From a virus: a stretch of 64,000 bases of DNA. Each line of letters starts with the position of its first letter. The first letter of the stretch is position 1. The position numbers and the translations under genes were made by a program. A model generated the notes under the pieces. That model made no database searches. It was not told the DNA's origin and was given only the letters and a program-made list of their open reading frames with translations. The stretch lies in the IMG/VR virus record IMGVR_UViG_3300013383_000248; one strand, written 5' to 3'. This document shows, piece after piece, positions 12,693 through 26,500 of the stretch.

Positions 12693-13283
12693 ATGAAAAT
12701 CGATAATGTAAAAAATCCAGAGTCAGCATTTTTGGCCCAAGAGAAAGATATGAAAATTATTGTTGATCGTATGGCCGCGAATCAACGTTTACGTAAATTA
12801 CTTTATTATACTACTCCTGATGCTTTAAGAAAGCCAGAAGTAAGTGATTAGAATTTTGTAAAGATGTTTGGCAGAAATATTAGGAATTTACCGAAACTTT
12901 ATATAGATAAGGATGTTTTAAATTATATAGTTATTAGTTTTGATAATTTTGCTCCTAATGGAGAAAATCCTGAATTTAGAGATAATACTATTGAATTTGA
13001 TATTGTTTGTCATTATGATTAGTGGCAATTAGATGATTCATTTTAGTTAAGACCTTATAGAATTGCTGCTGAACTTGATAGTATGCTTGATAAAAAACAT
13101 TTAACTGGAATTGGGCAACTTAATTTTATTGGCGCTTAGCAAATTATATTAACTGATGAATTTGCTGGACTTTGTTTATTATATGATACAATACACGGAG
13201 GAGAAGATAAAAAATATATGCCAAATCCTGCTGATGAACAAATGTTTATCGAGGATTATTTTAAAATGCCTAAGATGAATTAA
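12693..13283 (+). CDS. hypothetical structural protein (~196 aa)
   Basis: GAAGGAGAAACCGGAGA followed by ATG; continuous through TAGs. Confidence 0.5.
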
Positions 13284-14017
13284 TGGATTATAAACTTAGT
13301 TTGATGTGCGGGACAGACTTACCTGTTCCAGAAATTCCATTAACTCTTCATTAGCCTAAGATAAAGGAAATAGCATTAATTGGCGAAAAAGAATTTTTTA
13401 CTGGTGCTCAGTGTCTTTGTATTAATAAAAATAGTATTATAGACTAGGACAAAAACGGTTTAGATACTACTACCAATTTTTAGATATTTATGATGGTAAT
13501 GCTATAGAAAGATAATACTGAACGGCGAAAAGCTGCACAAAAGGTTCTATCATTACTATTCCCAAATTCAAAGTCTACATTTACTCCTAGGTCTATTATT
13601 ATTTAGTATAATGATAGTGATATTTAGATTAATATGGATAATGACAACTTTGAATTGTTTTAGTAGGTAGCAAGGCAAATTTTTTGCTTTGATACTAATA
13701 AAAATGGGCAAGATAATTATAATCCTGCTAATAAGAAAGCTCAAGAAATAGCTAATAAATTAATGAAAGGGCGTCAAAGGGTCGCTGAACTTAAAGGGGT
13801 TACCGATTCAAGCATTTTGAGCCAATACGTTTCTACTTTGACTATTGGACTAGATTCAATGTCATTAGAAGATTGTATGAATTTAACATTGTATTAGTTA
13901 TACGATTTAATAGAAAGATTCTCTCTTTATACTAATTGGGATATTGATGTAAGGAGTAGATTAGCAGGAGCCAAGTCAGACAAAAAGCCTGACAATTGGA
14001 TGAAAAACATTCATTAA
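13283..14017 (+). CDS. hypothetical protein (~244 aa)
   Basis: ATG overlaps the upstream TAA (ATTAATGG); many in-frame TAGs; ends TAA. Confidence 0.45.
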
Positions 14018-14096
14018 TTTTGTATAAATCGCTTTACTAATTTTTGTAGCGAGTTATATAAATAAAATTTAAATTTTATTAAGGAGGAAATAACCT

Positions 14097-15194
14097 ATGA
14101 AATTTGGTGTTCGTGAGATATGCGATGTCGTATTAAAAGCTCGTGCTCCTATGAAGGTTGGTAATAAAGTTTTCTATGCGAACGAACCAGTTCTTTATTT
14201 CGATACATTAAAGACTTCTAGCCTTGAGGGTGCTTCTACGACCGTATATGCACAAGGCGGACGCGGCAATGCTCGTTTAGTAGCTTGGGACGGCGACCGT
14301 ACTTTAACATTCACTATGGAAGATGCTCTTATTTCTGCTGAAGGTTTCATGATTCTTTCTGGTGCTGGCTTAATTGATGCTACTGCTAGTAATACTATCA
14401 AGCAGCACGTAACTGAAAAGACTACTGCCGTTGTTTTAGCTGAAGATAAGAAGAGTGTTCAGATTTATACTACTAACCTTCCTTATGAATATATTTCTAA
14501 GGATGGCAAGCGTGATGGTGAATATTACATTTATGCTATGTTAGTTGACAATGATGAGCCTGTTACTGAACCTTATTTACCCACTGTAATTCGTACTGGT
14601 ACTAAAGCTGATAGATTCCATTATGTTGAAGCTAGTAAGAGTTATGAAAAGTTAGCTTCTGATGAAGAAGTTACTGCAGCTCAAGATAAGGGCGAAACTA
14701 TTTATTATGGTCTTCAGATTAAAGCTATAACTGAGAATGCTGATGATAATATTAAGGGCTATGCTATCGTTGATGGTAAGACCGAAGATGATTATCATAA
14801 GCTTGCTAAGTTTGAGAATGGCGTTGTTCTTCTTGACTATTATGTTGAAAAGGCTAGTAAGGCAAAGCAGATTGAAATTACCGCTGAATCTTTCGGTGGC
14901 AACTTCTATCTTGAAGCTTCTACCTTATTCCGTACTCAGGATGGTGTTGATCTTCCTGCTGAGTTTATAATTCCTAACTGCAAAGTTTAGTCTAACTTTA
15001 CTTTCAGTATGGCTGCTACTGGCGATCCTTCAACTTTCACTTTCACTCTTGATGCATTCCCTGGAACTACTCGTTTCAATCCTACTAAGAAAGTTCTTGC
15101 GGCTATCTAGATTATCGAGGAAATCACCGATGCTTCCATGTATCGTACTCAGACTGTCCACGATTCTAAACATGATAGCTACTTTGATATTTAA
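14097..15194 (+). CDS. putative major tail protein (~366 aa)
   Basis: AAGGAGG RBS. High GC and only 2 TAGs, suggesting high expression. Preceded by a promoter-like TTTACT-17-TATAAA. Lies upstream of the tape measure. Confidence 0.5.
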
Positions 15195-15196
15195 TT

Positions 15197-15355
15197 ATGA
15201 TTATTAATTCTCGTGCCCCTCGTCCTGAGAAGGCTTATGAAGAAAAAGTTGTAGTTGAAGAATCAAAGAAGGAAACCAAAGCTACTGTAAAAACTAAAGA
15301 AGCTCCTCTCACTGAAGATGAGCTTATTAATAAAATTATTAAAGGAGAGGGTTAA
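15197..15355 (+). CDS. small protein (52 aa)
   Basis: ATG immediately after the upstream TAA; its end is embedded in a terminator hairpin. Confidence 0.4.
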   Translation: MIINSRAPRPEKAYEEKVVVEESKKETKATVKTKEAPLTEDELINKIIKGEG

Positions 15356-15373
15356 TCCCTCTCCTTTTTTTTA
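15344..15373 (+). terminator. rho-independent terminator (GGAGAGGG-TTAA-CCCTCTCC + T8)
   Basis: Perfect hairpin plus TTTTTTTT, read directly. Confidence 0.8.
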
Positions 15374-15396
15374 TTTTGTGAAAAAGGAGATAATAT

Positions 15397-16767
15397 ATGG
15401 CAAAACAAAATTGGCGTTCATTTAATAGACGTACTCTAAATTAGGCTTTTAAAGTTGCGGCTAGTAGAGGAAGAAGTAATGGTTTACCTACTCCTAACTA
15501 TTTAGCTAATATATATAATGATTATCGAGAGTAGATAAGATCTAAATTTAAATTGGGTTTTCAAAATTAGACATTGCGTCAATAGGATAAAAATGCGATG
15601 ATTTTAGAAAAATTTTTAAATGCCTTAAAATTTTATAGTGCTTCAGGAAATTTATAGGGTTTTAGGAATTTATCTTAGTGGTCTGACTTAGAAGAAGTGT
15701 TAAGTACTGAAGTATTATTAGAAGTTATAAATAATTTAAAATAGGTAAATTCAGGCTTGTTTAATCATTTATAGTTTACTTTTGTAGCTCCCTTAGGAGA
15801 AAAAGATATATAGGGTAAAGTTTGGGAATAGAAGTTGGCAGAAGTGAGTGCTACTTTAGAAGCTACTTTAGCAGGAAAAGATAATAAATGGTGGAATGAT
15901 AATAAAACCATTCAGGTAGGTAAACATTGGACTGGAGAATTAAAAGATAATACAATAGACTTAATTTCTCCAGTAGAAGATATTAGTACATAGATAGGAT
16001 TAAACTTATACCGTTAGTCTTCTCATAATTAGGCTATAAATCAAGCTAAGTAGAATATATATTTCACAAAAGGTAGCGATAAATCTAAAGAAAAATTAAA
16101 AGGATTATTGGATTAGGAAATATCAGTGCAATCAGCGAAAAATAAATAGATTAAAATTGATGCCACTGGTGGATGGGTTTTAAATGAAAATTATAGTGCT
16201 ACAGCAACTATTCCACAAATTTTAATTGATGCTTTTAAAGATGCTACTTTTTCTGCTAAATCTTATTAGAAAGGTAAATATATAGAAGTCGGTGGAACAG
16301 CAGCATATAAAATTTTTATGACTGTAGCTCCTGGAGATTATCAGGAAAAACATTATAGATATTGCCGCATGTTAAATTGTTTACATCATCATAGTGGTTT
16401 TCATGATGACAGTAAAATATATATATATAGAATAAGAGCTTTATATGAATTAGCAGGAGCTAATCAAAAACTAGGAGAGGGTTAGCTAGTTGATTCTATT
16501 ATTAAAGATTTAATAGATAATCCTACAGGAGCTAAATATTTAGTAATAAATAATCCTACTGCGTAGTACACTGGTATTAAAGTCATTCCTACTTCTTAGA
16601 TTGCTAGAGCTGCTGAAGAATATATATTCTTTAATAAAAAATATGGAACTTTAGGAGAGTTTTTAGATGCCAATCAATATGGACTATCAGTTCACCAAGC
16701 TCTTGATAGTAAAATTGTTTTAAATATGAATTATTCTGAATTATATAAAAATATATCTTAGAGTTAA
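15397..16767 (+). CDS. hypothetical tail protein (~456 aa)
   Basis: AAAAGGAGATAATAT followed by ATG; open through >25 TAGs to TAA. Confidence 0.5.
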
Positions 16768-16774
16768 AAATTTT

Positions 16775-16802
16775 TTGACTTTGAAAAAATTTTTTGTTAT
16801 AA
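16775..16802 (+). promoter_or_regulatory. consensus sigma70-like promoter TTGACT-16/17-TATAAT, flanked by two self-complementary A5T6 blocks
   Basis: AAAAATTTTTTGACTTTGAAAAAATTTTTTGTTATAAT read directly. Confidence 0.55.
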
Positions 16803-16880
16803 TATATTTGTTAAGAAAATAAAAATTAAAAAATTTACCTAGGTAATTTTTTAAAATATTATAAAGAAGGAGGCGAAGTA

Positions 16881-17408
16881 ATGGCAAAGTTATCATTTAC
16901 CAAGCTCGCACTTCAAAAAAACTCTTAGGTAAAAGATTGGAGTTTTAACGAGTAGCTTATTGAAGTAAAACAATATCTACCTATTAAAGAGCGAATGGAT
17001 ATTGCTTAGACGGTCATTCAACAAGTCATTGATTTTAATAATGAATTTTTGAATGAATTTGCTTTCCATATGTATATGGATTTAGCAATAGTATTTAATT
17101 ATACAAATCTATCTTTTACCGATAAGCAGAAGGAAGACTTGTATAAGCTTTATGATTTATTTGTCGGTTCTGGATTTATGAAAGAGCTGAAGAAACAAGT
17201 AGATTGTAATCAAACTGATGATTTAGAAGTCTATACTTATGAAACGCTTAATGGATATTATAAGTATCGTAATAGTGTTTATGGCATTATGGATATTATG
17301 GGTTCCGACTACGGTTCATTAGCTACAGAAGCTGAATCATTAAGAAAATCTATTTCTGACCCCGATAGCTTAAATGTCTTAAAAGAGACTTTAACCAATT
17401 TAGGATAA
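16881..17408 (+). CDS. hypothetical protein (~175 aa); positional candidate for tail assembly chaperone
   Basis: AAGGAGG RBS; includes tracked ORF 17049..17408; 3 TAGs. Confidence 0.45.
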
Positions 17409-17446
17409 AGTAATAGAGATTATTCCTAAATTAAATAGGAATATAT

Positions 17447-17482
17447 AAAGGGTATGAGGATATTCCTCATACCCTTTTTTTA
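17447..17482 (+). terminator. rho-independent terminator (AAAGGGTATGAGGA..TCCTCATACCCTTT + T-tract)
   Basis: Read directly; sits upstream of the tape measure gene. Confidence 0.7.
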
Positions 17483-17519
17483 ATTATATAAATAGGAATT
17501 GAGAGAAAGGAGAAAACAT

Positions 17520-20500
17520 ATGGCTAATAATAGTGCCCAATATGATGTAAGACTTGCCTTTTCAGCAGATGTAGCTTAGGCAAGATAGCAATTAAAAAGT
17601 TTACAAGATGAATTAAGTAAACTTAGTACATTGAAAGATGTAAGTGTTGGAACTCGTTTAACGAAAGAGTTAGAATAGGCTTCTTTAAAAGCGGCTGATT
17701 TAAAAGTAATGCTTGAAAAGGCAACTGATATTAATACAGGCAAGTTAAATCTAACTTCTTTCTCTAATTAGCTAACTAAAAATGGAGAAAGCCTATCTAC
17801 TTATAGGAAAGCATTAAGTGCTCTAGGTCCTCAAGGTGAAGAAGCTTTTTTACAATTAACATAGAGTGTAATTACTGCTGATGCGGCTTTAACTACAGGT
17901 AGTAAGAAATTAAATGAATTTAAAAAGACTTTAGCCAATACAGTAAAATGGCAAATTTCTTCTAATATTACTCATGGTATTGTGGGAGAACTTTAGACTG
18001 CCTATTATTATGCTAAAGATTTAGATAGGGCTTTAACTGATATCAAAATTGTTACAGAAGATAGTGCTGGCTCTATGGCCGATTTTGCCTAGAAAGCTAA
18101 TAAAGCAGCTTAGTCTTTAAGTACTACTACTAAAGATTATGCTTAGGCTTCTTTAATTTACTATCAGTAGGGTTTAAGTGATAAAGAAGTAGAAGCAAGA
18201 ACGGCGGTTACTATTAAAATGGCAAATGCTGCTGGTGAAAGTGCATCTAAAGTGTCTGATTAGCTAACGGCTGTTTGGAATAACTTCTATGATGGTAGTA
18301 AATCTCTTGAGTATTATGCTGATGTAATGACAAAACTTGGCGCTTATACTGCCTCTAGCACTGATGAAATTTCAGAAGGTATTTAGAAATTCGCTTCTGT
18401 AGCTAATACAATTGGTCTTAGTTATGAATATGCGACATCTGCCTTAGCTACTTTAACAGCGAAAACACGTGAAAGTGCTAACGTAGTAGGTAATAGTCTT
18501 AAGACCCTTTTTGCACGTATTTAGGGTTTATCTCTTGGAGAAACTCTAGAAGATGGTACTGATTTAAATAAATATTCTACAGCTTTGGCAAAAGCTGGTA
18601 TTGATATTAAAGATTAGAATGGCGAGTTAAGAGATATGAATTCTATCCTTGATGAAATGATGAACAAATGGGATGGAATGAGCCGTGCCCAGTAGGTAGC
18701 ATTAGCTCAAACTGTAGCGGGTGTGCGTCAATATACTTAGCTTATTAATCTTATGGAAAATAAGGATTATTTTAAAGAGTTAGTTGGAGTAGCGGAAAAT
18801 TCTGAAGGAACGTTATAGATATAGGCAGATATATTTGCTGATAGTTGGGAAGGTGCTCGAAAAAGAGTTCAGGCTGCTGCTGAAGGCATTTATGATAGCT
18901 TAATTGATGAAGAGTTTTTTAAAGATGTTGATAATGTTGTTACTGTAGTATTAAATGGTATTAATGCTACCATTAAAGGATTAGGTGGAGTTAAAGGAGT
19001 AGTATCTAATATTAGCGCTTTAATTTTAAATATATATAAAAAAGATATTACTAGCGGATTAAATAATTTTGGAACAATGTTAAAAAATCTAACTCCATAG
19101 GGTTAGGCTTCTATAGAAGCTCGTAGACAAGAAGCTTTAGAGCAATAGAAAAAATTATATACTGGAGGCATTACTCCTAGTGAATTAAATTCTTGGGAAA
19201 CTGCAAGTTATCAAGATGATGCTAGATATGAAAAATATACTAAATTAGCGGAAGTTGAATAGTAGATTTTAAATATTTCTAAAGATTTAACAGAAGAAGA
19301 AAAAAAATAGGCTGGATTGTATTTAGATATATTGAATGCTGCTTCTGATAGAAAAGTTCTTACTAGCTAGCAAGTTGATCAAGCTAAAGAGCAATATCAA
19401 ACTATAGCCTCTTCATTAATTCATTCTTTGCGTTTAGCAGGAGCTGGAGATAGAGATGTTACAGAAGTTATTAGAAAAAATAATAATTATTTAAATGCAG
19501 CGAGTATAGCTTATTCATCTAATACTATCAGTAAAGTTGATGAAAAATCTCCTTTCGATACAGTATTACAATCTTCAAAAATAAAAGATATTGAAAATCT
19601 ACAAAAAATGATTAATGATCTATAGAATTTTAATGATTTTGATTTTGCAAGATTTAATGAAGATGCTTTTATAGGAATAAAAACATCTTTAGATGAATTA
19701 ATAACTAAATTAAAAAATGGTACAGCAACAGCTAAGGAATTTAATAAAGTCTTAGAAGATACTGGTAAATTTACTATGACAGCTGCTTTTGGATAGAGAG
19801 AACAAATAGATCCAAAAACTGGTAATATTACCTAGTCAGCCATTCCAGGGGCTAGACAAGAAGTCCAAGAACAAATGGAAATAGCTACAGTATATACAGA
19901 AGCTACTGGTCCTGCTTAGCAATTAGCTTAGGCTACATAGGGTCTTAATGTAGCTATGGAAAGATAGATTAAAACTAGCAATGAAGTTAAAGCCAGTGAA
20001 GAAGGAACTACTGAAGCAGTAAAAAAATTAGGAAATAGTACTGTTGAAGCTAGCGATAAAATAGTAGCTTTTAGTACTTCAGCTATGAATATAGCTGGAA
20101 TTTTTAACTCGCTTTAGGGAGTTGTTAACATTTGGTCTAATGATAATTTATCAGGATGGGAAAAAATTTTAGGGACATTAACTAGCCTAGGGATTCTTTT
20201 ACCTAATTTAGTAAGTTTAGGTAAAGCTATGACTATAATAACTCAAAAAATTACAGTTGCTAAAACTCAAGAAGCTGCTGCTCATACTCTTAATGGAAAT
20301 GCGATACAAGCTGAAGGGGAATAGGCTAAATTAGCTAATAAAAATTTTTCTATATTAGGTAAATCAATGAGTGGTATTAGTGCTGCGGCGGGTTGGATTA
20401 GCATTGCTTTAACTGCTTTAACACTTATTATTTCAGCTGTATCAGCTGCGATTGAAGAAGCTAAAGAAAAACGAGCTGAATTTGCATAGACTACTAAAGA

Positions 20501-23500
20501 AACTTATGAATAGACTAAATAGGAAATAGAAGAAAATGAAAAACTTGTTACTTCTTATCAAGAATTATTAGAAACTTATAAAAAAACTGGCGAAGGAAAA
20601 ACAGATTTAGTAAATACTTCAATAGAATTAATTGATGTATTTGATATAGAAAATGGTAGTTTATTATTATTATAGGGAAATTATGAAGAATTAACCAAAC
20701 GTATTTTGGAAGCTAAATAGGCTAAAGATACATTAGCTATTGGTGAGGCTAAAGCAGCTTATTTTGCAGCAAATGATACAGTTAAGGATGAGTTAGGTAG
20801 TACTTTTGGTTCTTATTGGGATATTGCTAGTGAAAATGCTGGAGATAATCAAGGATCTCGTTTATAGATTGCTCATATAGCTGGTTCAGATTATGATATT
20901 ATGTAGCAATATTTAAATTCTGTAGAAGGCTCTTCTAATTGGACTGTTAAAAATTTCCAAGGGAATGGAGCTTTTGATATTGCTAATGTAATAGATTTTT
21001 ATGATAATGCTAATACAAATATGTAGTAGTTTAGCGAGTGGGCTTAGAAAGAAACATCTAATGGAGGATTAGGTTGGTCTGAAGAATAGGTTAATGAATA
21101 TCTAGAAGAAAGTCGTACTAGCTTAGCTTCTATGAAAACTTTGGTTGATGGATGGAAAGATATTCAAAATGATACTAATTTAGCTATTTTAAATGCTTCA
21201 ATGAATGAATATGATGAAACTAAAGTTAAAGATTTGCCTTCTTATTTAAAATAGAGAGAAGTATTCACTAATCAGAAAGACGATTTAGAAGTTGGATATA
21301 CTTCTAACCCTGATGAAATTATTACTAGCTTTTTAGGAACAAATTCTAAAACTTCTGATTATGAAACTCTTCTTAATGGATTACAATCTTGGTATGATTA
21401 GTATTCTTCATTTTTACCGAATTTTGAAGAAATTATAAATAGTGGATTAACTGACGAAGAATTAAAAGTATTAGTCAATATTGATCCTAGAATAACCGGT
21501 GGTTCTTTAGAAGATTTACAAAATTAGATATAGAAATATTTAAAAACTCATCCGGTAGATATATCTGCCGATATTAAAGCAGGTAAAAAGGCTTTAAAAG
21601 AAGATATGTCTGGAAAAAATGATTGGAAAGATTTTTGGGAAGCTACCAGTAATATCACTTGGGGGAAAAATGGTATTGTTAGTTAGGCTGATTTTTAGGG
21701 AATGCAATATGGTCAATAGCAAAAATACCTTAATGAATTATATTCTCAAAATGCCTAGACTTTTTCTCCTGAAGAAAGAATAGCTAGAGCTACTGAAGAA
21801 AATGCTGAGTTAGAATAGCAAATAAATAATTTAAAAGGTTTATCAGATGAATAGGTAACCGAATTACAAAGAGGCAATTTAACAGAGAAACAAAATTAGG
21901 CTTATGATGATTTTTCTAATTATGAAACTTAGATAAATAATTTATTAGAAGCTTATAAAAATTCTGATAATTATGGAAAATATAACGATAGCTCTTGGTA
22001 TGAAGATATGCTTTTCTCTAACACAGCTTTTAATAATCCAGGGATGTATGATAATTGGATTAATACCTTGATTGCTAGAATAGGAGGTACTCCTGAAAAT
22101 TTCATAAAACCTGAAGTAACTACAGAGAATAGTTTAATTGAAGGACGAGATACCAAAAGAAATTTAGAGAATTAGAGACAAGGGTTTTAGGAAGATAATA
22201 TTACATAGTTAGAAAAAGAGCAAGCAGAAAATACTAGAGAATTATAGAATGCTTTAATAGATTATAATACTGAAATATCAAGAACAATACAGAATTTAGC
22301 CAATACTGATTTAAAAATTGGAGATATTATTTAGCCTGAATAGGTTGAAGCTTTAAAAGCTATTGGCATAAATTTAGATGATTATTTCATTCCAATGGAA
22401 GATGGTACTTATAAATTAATTACTGCTGCTGAAGAATTTAATAGAATCGTTGGTAAGGCTAGCATCTAGAATGCTTATAATGGTGCTGATATCATTATTC
22501 AAAATTTATAGGATAGTGGGCATTTTTTAAAAACTAATGGTTTATCAGATAAAGAAATTCGAGAACAAGCAAGAGTTTAGGCAGAAGATATTATTGATAA
22601 TTAGGGACAGACTAACTGGAGTGAAGAACGTAAATAGGCTTATTTAGATGCAGCTAAAGTAGATTCTACTTAGTTTGATAGTATAGATGAGGCAATGGTT
22701 GAAGCAGCTTAGCGGCTTAAAAAAGAAATTGAAAATGGAGATTATATCATTGATGTTACCATTAAAAATGCTAATTCTATGTCTGAATTAGAAAATTTAG
22801 CTAAAGAGGCTGGATGGAATAAAACTGATAAAGAATATACTGATGCTATTTTAAATTATCAAGCTGAAAATGGTAATAGCTTAGGCCGTGATGAAGCTAT
22901 AGCTGTTCAACGAGATTCTTAGAATAAATAGGCTGCTGATGAAGCTTTAGCAGAAGCTTAGAAATAGGAAAATAAAGCTAGAGAAGCTGTATATAATGCT
23001 ACAGGAAATGATTCTCGTGGAATACCAAATCGAGTATTAGCAGAAGAAGAATTAGAAAAGGCAATAAATAAAAGAGTTGAAGCTGAAACAAAAGTTAAAG
23101 AGGCTGATGATAAATTAGCTAATTCAACAGAAACTTTGAGTAAAAAAATGAAAAAAGTTGATTTTACAGAAACTGTTAAAAATTTAAAGGAATATGCAGA
23201 TAAATTAAAATCAGCGGGAAAAGGTACTGAAGAATATGAATAGTCTCTTAACGGTATGGCGGAAGAACTTTAGAATGCTTTTGGCGGAAATTTTGACGCA
23301 GAAATAGTTAAAAAACATCAAAATTTGATTAATAAATTAATAAATGGTACAGCTTAGGCTAGACGAGATGCAGCTGCTCAACTTTCTATAATAGGTCAAG
23401 ACAGTAAATTTAAAACTAATATGGAATAGGCTTTTGAAGGAGCAGAAGAGGAAGTGCAAACTAAAGTAAATGAAATTACTTCTGCTTTTAGCACTATGAC

Positions 23501-26500
23501 CAATGGTTTAAGTTTTAATGTCGATGGTAGTATTACTATGGATAGCCAATAGGCTATTGCTTAGGTTGGTGCTTTAATTGGATAGATGGATAATCTTGAA
23601 GCCGCAGCAACATTAGGTGGTAGCTTCTTAAGAGCTTTGTTAGACAGTAATATCGAATTTGATGCTTCCTCTATGGAAAAATTGGAAAATATGCTAATAG
23701 TCTTTGCTAAAGTCCAAAATGGTGAAAATGTAGATGTTAGCGAAGTCAAAAATGCGTTTAAAGATTTAGGGGATATTGGATTATTTGCTTCCGGTAAAGC
23801 CATTGATGTTCCTCCTTATAATATGGCTAATAAAAGTGGTGGAGGAGGAAGTAAGTCTAAAAAATCTGCTGCTGATATTGGTAAAGAAATTCAAGATGAA
23901 AAATTAAAAACTTATGAAAAGAAACGTGAATTGTTAGAAGCTAAGCGTGATGGAGCTAATCCAGAAGATGCTGCTAAATATATCCAAGAAGAAATTGATT
24001 TACTTAAAGAAGAGCAAGATATTCTTGAAGATTAGATTAAATCTTGGAAAGAATTATTAAAAGTTAAAGTTCAAGAATTTAATAAAGAACATCCAGAGTT
24101 TGAAATTAAACTTACTGATGATGGCGAGATTGCTAATGCTTCTGAATTATGGGGTTAGGTTTGGGCTTAGTATCAAAAGAATCTTGAAGATGGCATGAGT
24201 GAAGAAGAACTTAATGAATGGTTCACTAAAATTAAAGACGCTCTTGATGGTCCTATGGGTATCCAATAGAACATTGATGAAAACGTTGCTCTTATCGCTT
24301 AGAAAGAAAAAGAACAAGCCGAGCTTGAACTTGAATCAATTACAAAAGCTATTGATTGGAAAGTTAAGCAAATTGATTTCTAGATTAAACGTCTTAATTA
24401 TTATCAAGAAAAACTTCTTAAATAGGCCCACGGCAATAAACAAACTATTGAAGCAATGCTTGAAGGATTTGCTTATCAAGAGCAAGAAATGTTATAGCTT
24501 TTTGATAAAGGTGCAACTTTACGTGATGGTATTGACTAGTTAGTTGCCGCGAAAGCTAAGTATCCAGGCTATGAATAGATGTTTGATGAATAGATACTTG
24601 AATATCAAAGTGATTTAATTGATGTTAATGAGGCTATTCTAGATTTACGAAATGATATTGAAGATCTAGTTTAGAACGTTCTAGATTTGGCTCTTGATGA
24701 AATCGATAAATAGATAGAGCGTCTTGATACTTATACATCAATGCTTGACCATCTTAATAATATTATTGATTTGTCTGGCCGTTCAATGCTTGATATGGGC
24801 TTAAAAACCTAGATTGGTGCTACTAAAGTAGAAACAATGTTAGGCAAAATGAAGGCTTTAAAGGCCCAGATGGATGGCTTAACTAAAGCGACTAAAGAAG
24901 CAGAGGCGGCCCTTGCTGACCGTTAGGCTGATGGCGATACCTCTTCTGTTAAATTCTGGGAGAATCAAGTTGAGGTCTTAAAACAAGAGACTGAGAAGGC
25001 TTCTGAAGAATTCTTAGCGTCTTGGGAAGAAACTCTTGAAGCCGCTCAAGATTTATTTGAAATGCGTGTTGAAATGGCTGTTGCAGTATTAAGTAATGCC
25101 TTATCACCATTTGAAACTCTTGAAGATTTCTAGGATAAATATGAAAAGGCAAAAACCATCAATGAAGAGTACCTTGATGATGCTGAACGTCTATATGAGT
25201 TGAATAAGTTAAATCGTTAGCTAAATTTATAGCTGGCTGATGCTAATGACCTTTTAGCGAAACAAAAACTTAGAGACCTTCAGCAAGAGATTCACGATCT
25301 TCAGGCCGATGGTGTCCAGATGAGCCAATATGATCTTGAGTATTTACAAAAGAAATATGATTTACAACTTGCTGAAATTGCTCTTATGGAACAGCAAAAC
25401 TCAAAGACTTCAATGCGTTTAGTGCGTGATGCCGCAGGTAACTGGACTTACGCTTATGATGCTGATGAAGAAAAGATTGAAGATGCTACATAGAAATATG
25501 AAGATGCTGTCCATGAGTTAGATTAGCTAAGTAAAGATTATATTAATGATGTGAGTGAATAGTTGATTTAGAATTAGATTGATTTTAAAGAAGCTTTACA
25601 AGACCTTGATAAGAATTCTGCTGATTATTCTAATTAGCTATTATCATTATAGGAATATTATGTTGAAAGACAAAGATATTTACTTGATGAATTAAATAAA
25701 GGTGTTGTAAATAGCGGATAGACTTTTCATGATACCCTTTACGGCCAAATGACTGATCTGTATGATTACAATGATGCTTATATGTTATTCGTTAATAATT
25801 CTAATGCTACTATAACTGAACTACAAACCAATTATAAAGATTGGCAAAAAGTTGTAGAAACTGCAATGAGTGTTGCTGGTACATCTTGGGATAACTTTGG
25901 TACTGATATGGGCGGCACTCTTGATAGCCTTGAAGAACATATTCAAAAATTATGTGATGAAATTGAGGAACTCGTTAATGTATTAATGGGTTATATTTCT
26001 CAGTCTATTGGAATGGTCCTGGATTGGGAATAGAAATATTCTAAGCGTACTGATTAGGAACTTGCAGCCAATGAATCTTATATTGATGGTAATTTTATTG
26101 GCAGTAGCAGTGGTGGAGGAAGTAGCAATGTAGATATGCAAACTGATTTTACTGCTTTAATACAGCGTTGGATGGCTGGTGAACGTGATTTAACTAACTG
26201 GGATAATTCTAAAACTTATAATAGTTTGGAAGAAATAAAAGCCGATTTAGGTAAAAAATTAGATGCTTTTGAAAATGGTGAAGAAATACTTTTCTAGGGA
26301 AGTGGAGAATCATTTGACGAAGATGCTTATCAAACAGTTTATGATCATTTTTATAAAGGTTATGGAACTAACGGCGGAAGGTATGGATCTCTTTCTTATC
26401 CGAATACTTTTAGTAATAGTATTGTGGATAAAGCTGCTAATTACTTAGGAACAAAATATACCTATGGTGGTAAAGACGCGAGTACTGGTTTAGATTGTTC

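Noticed and set aside
16761-16800. A5T6 direct/inverted repeats as an attachment site or origin
   Set aside because: Only two copies, tightly around a consensus promoter. More likely promoter-associated curvature or a regulator site; insufficient evidence for an origin.
24199-24543. Tracked 114-aa Lys-rich ORF in another frame within the tape measure gene
   Set aside because: Overlaps the continuous tape-measure frame; no RBS; composition typical of an AT-rich off-frame.
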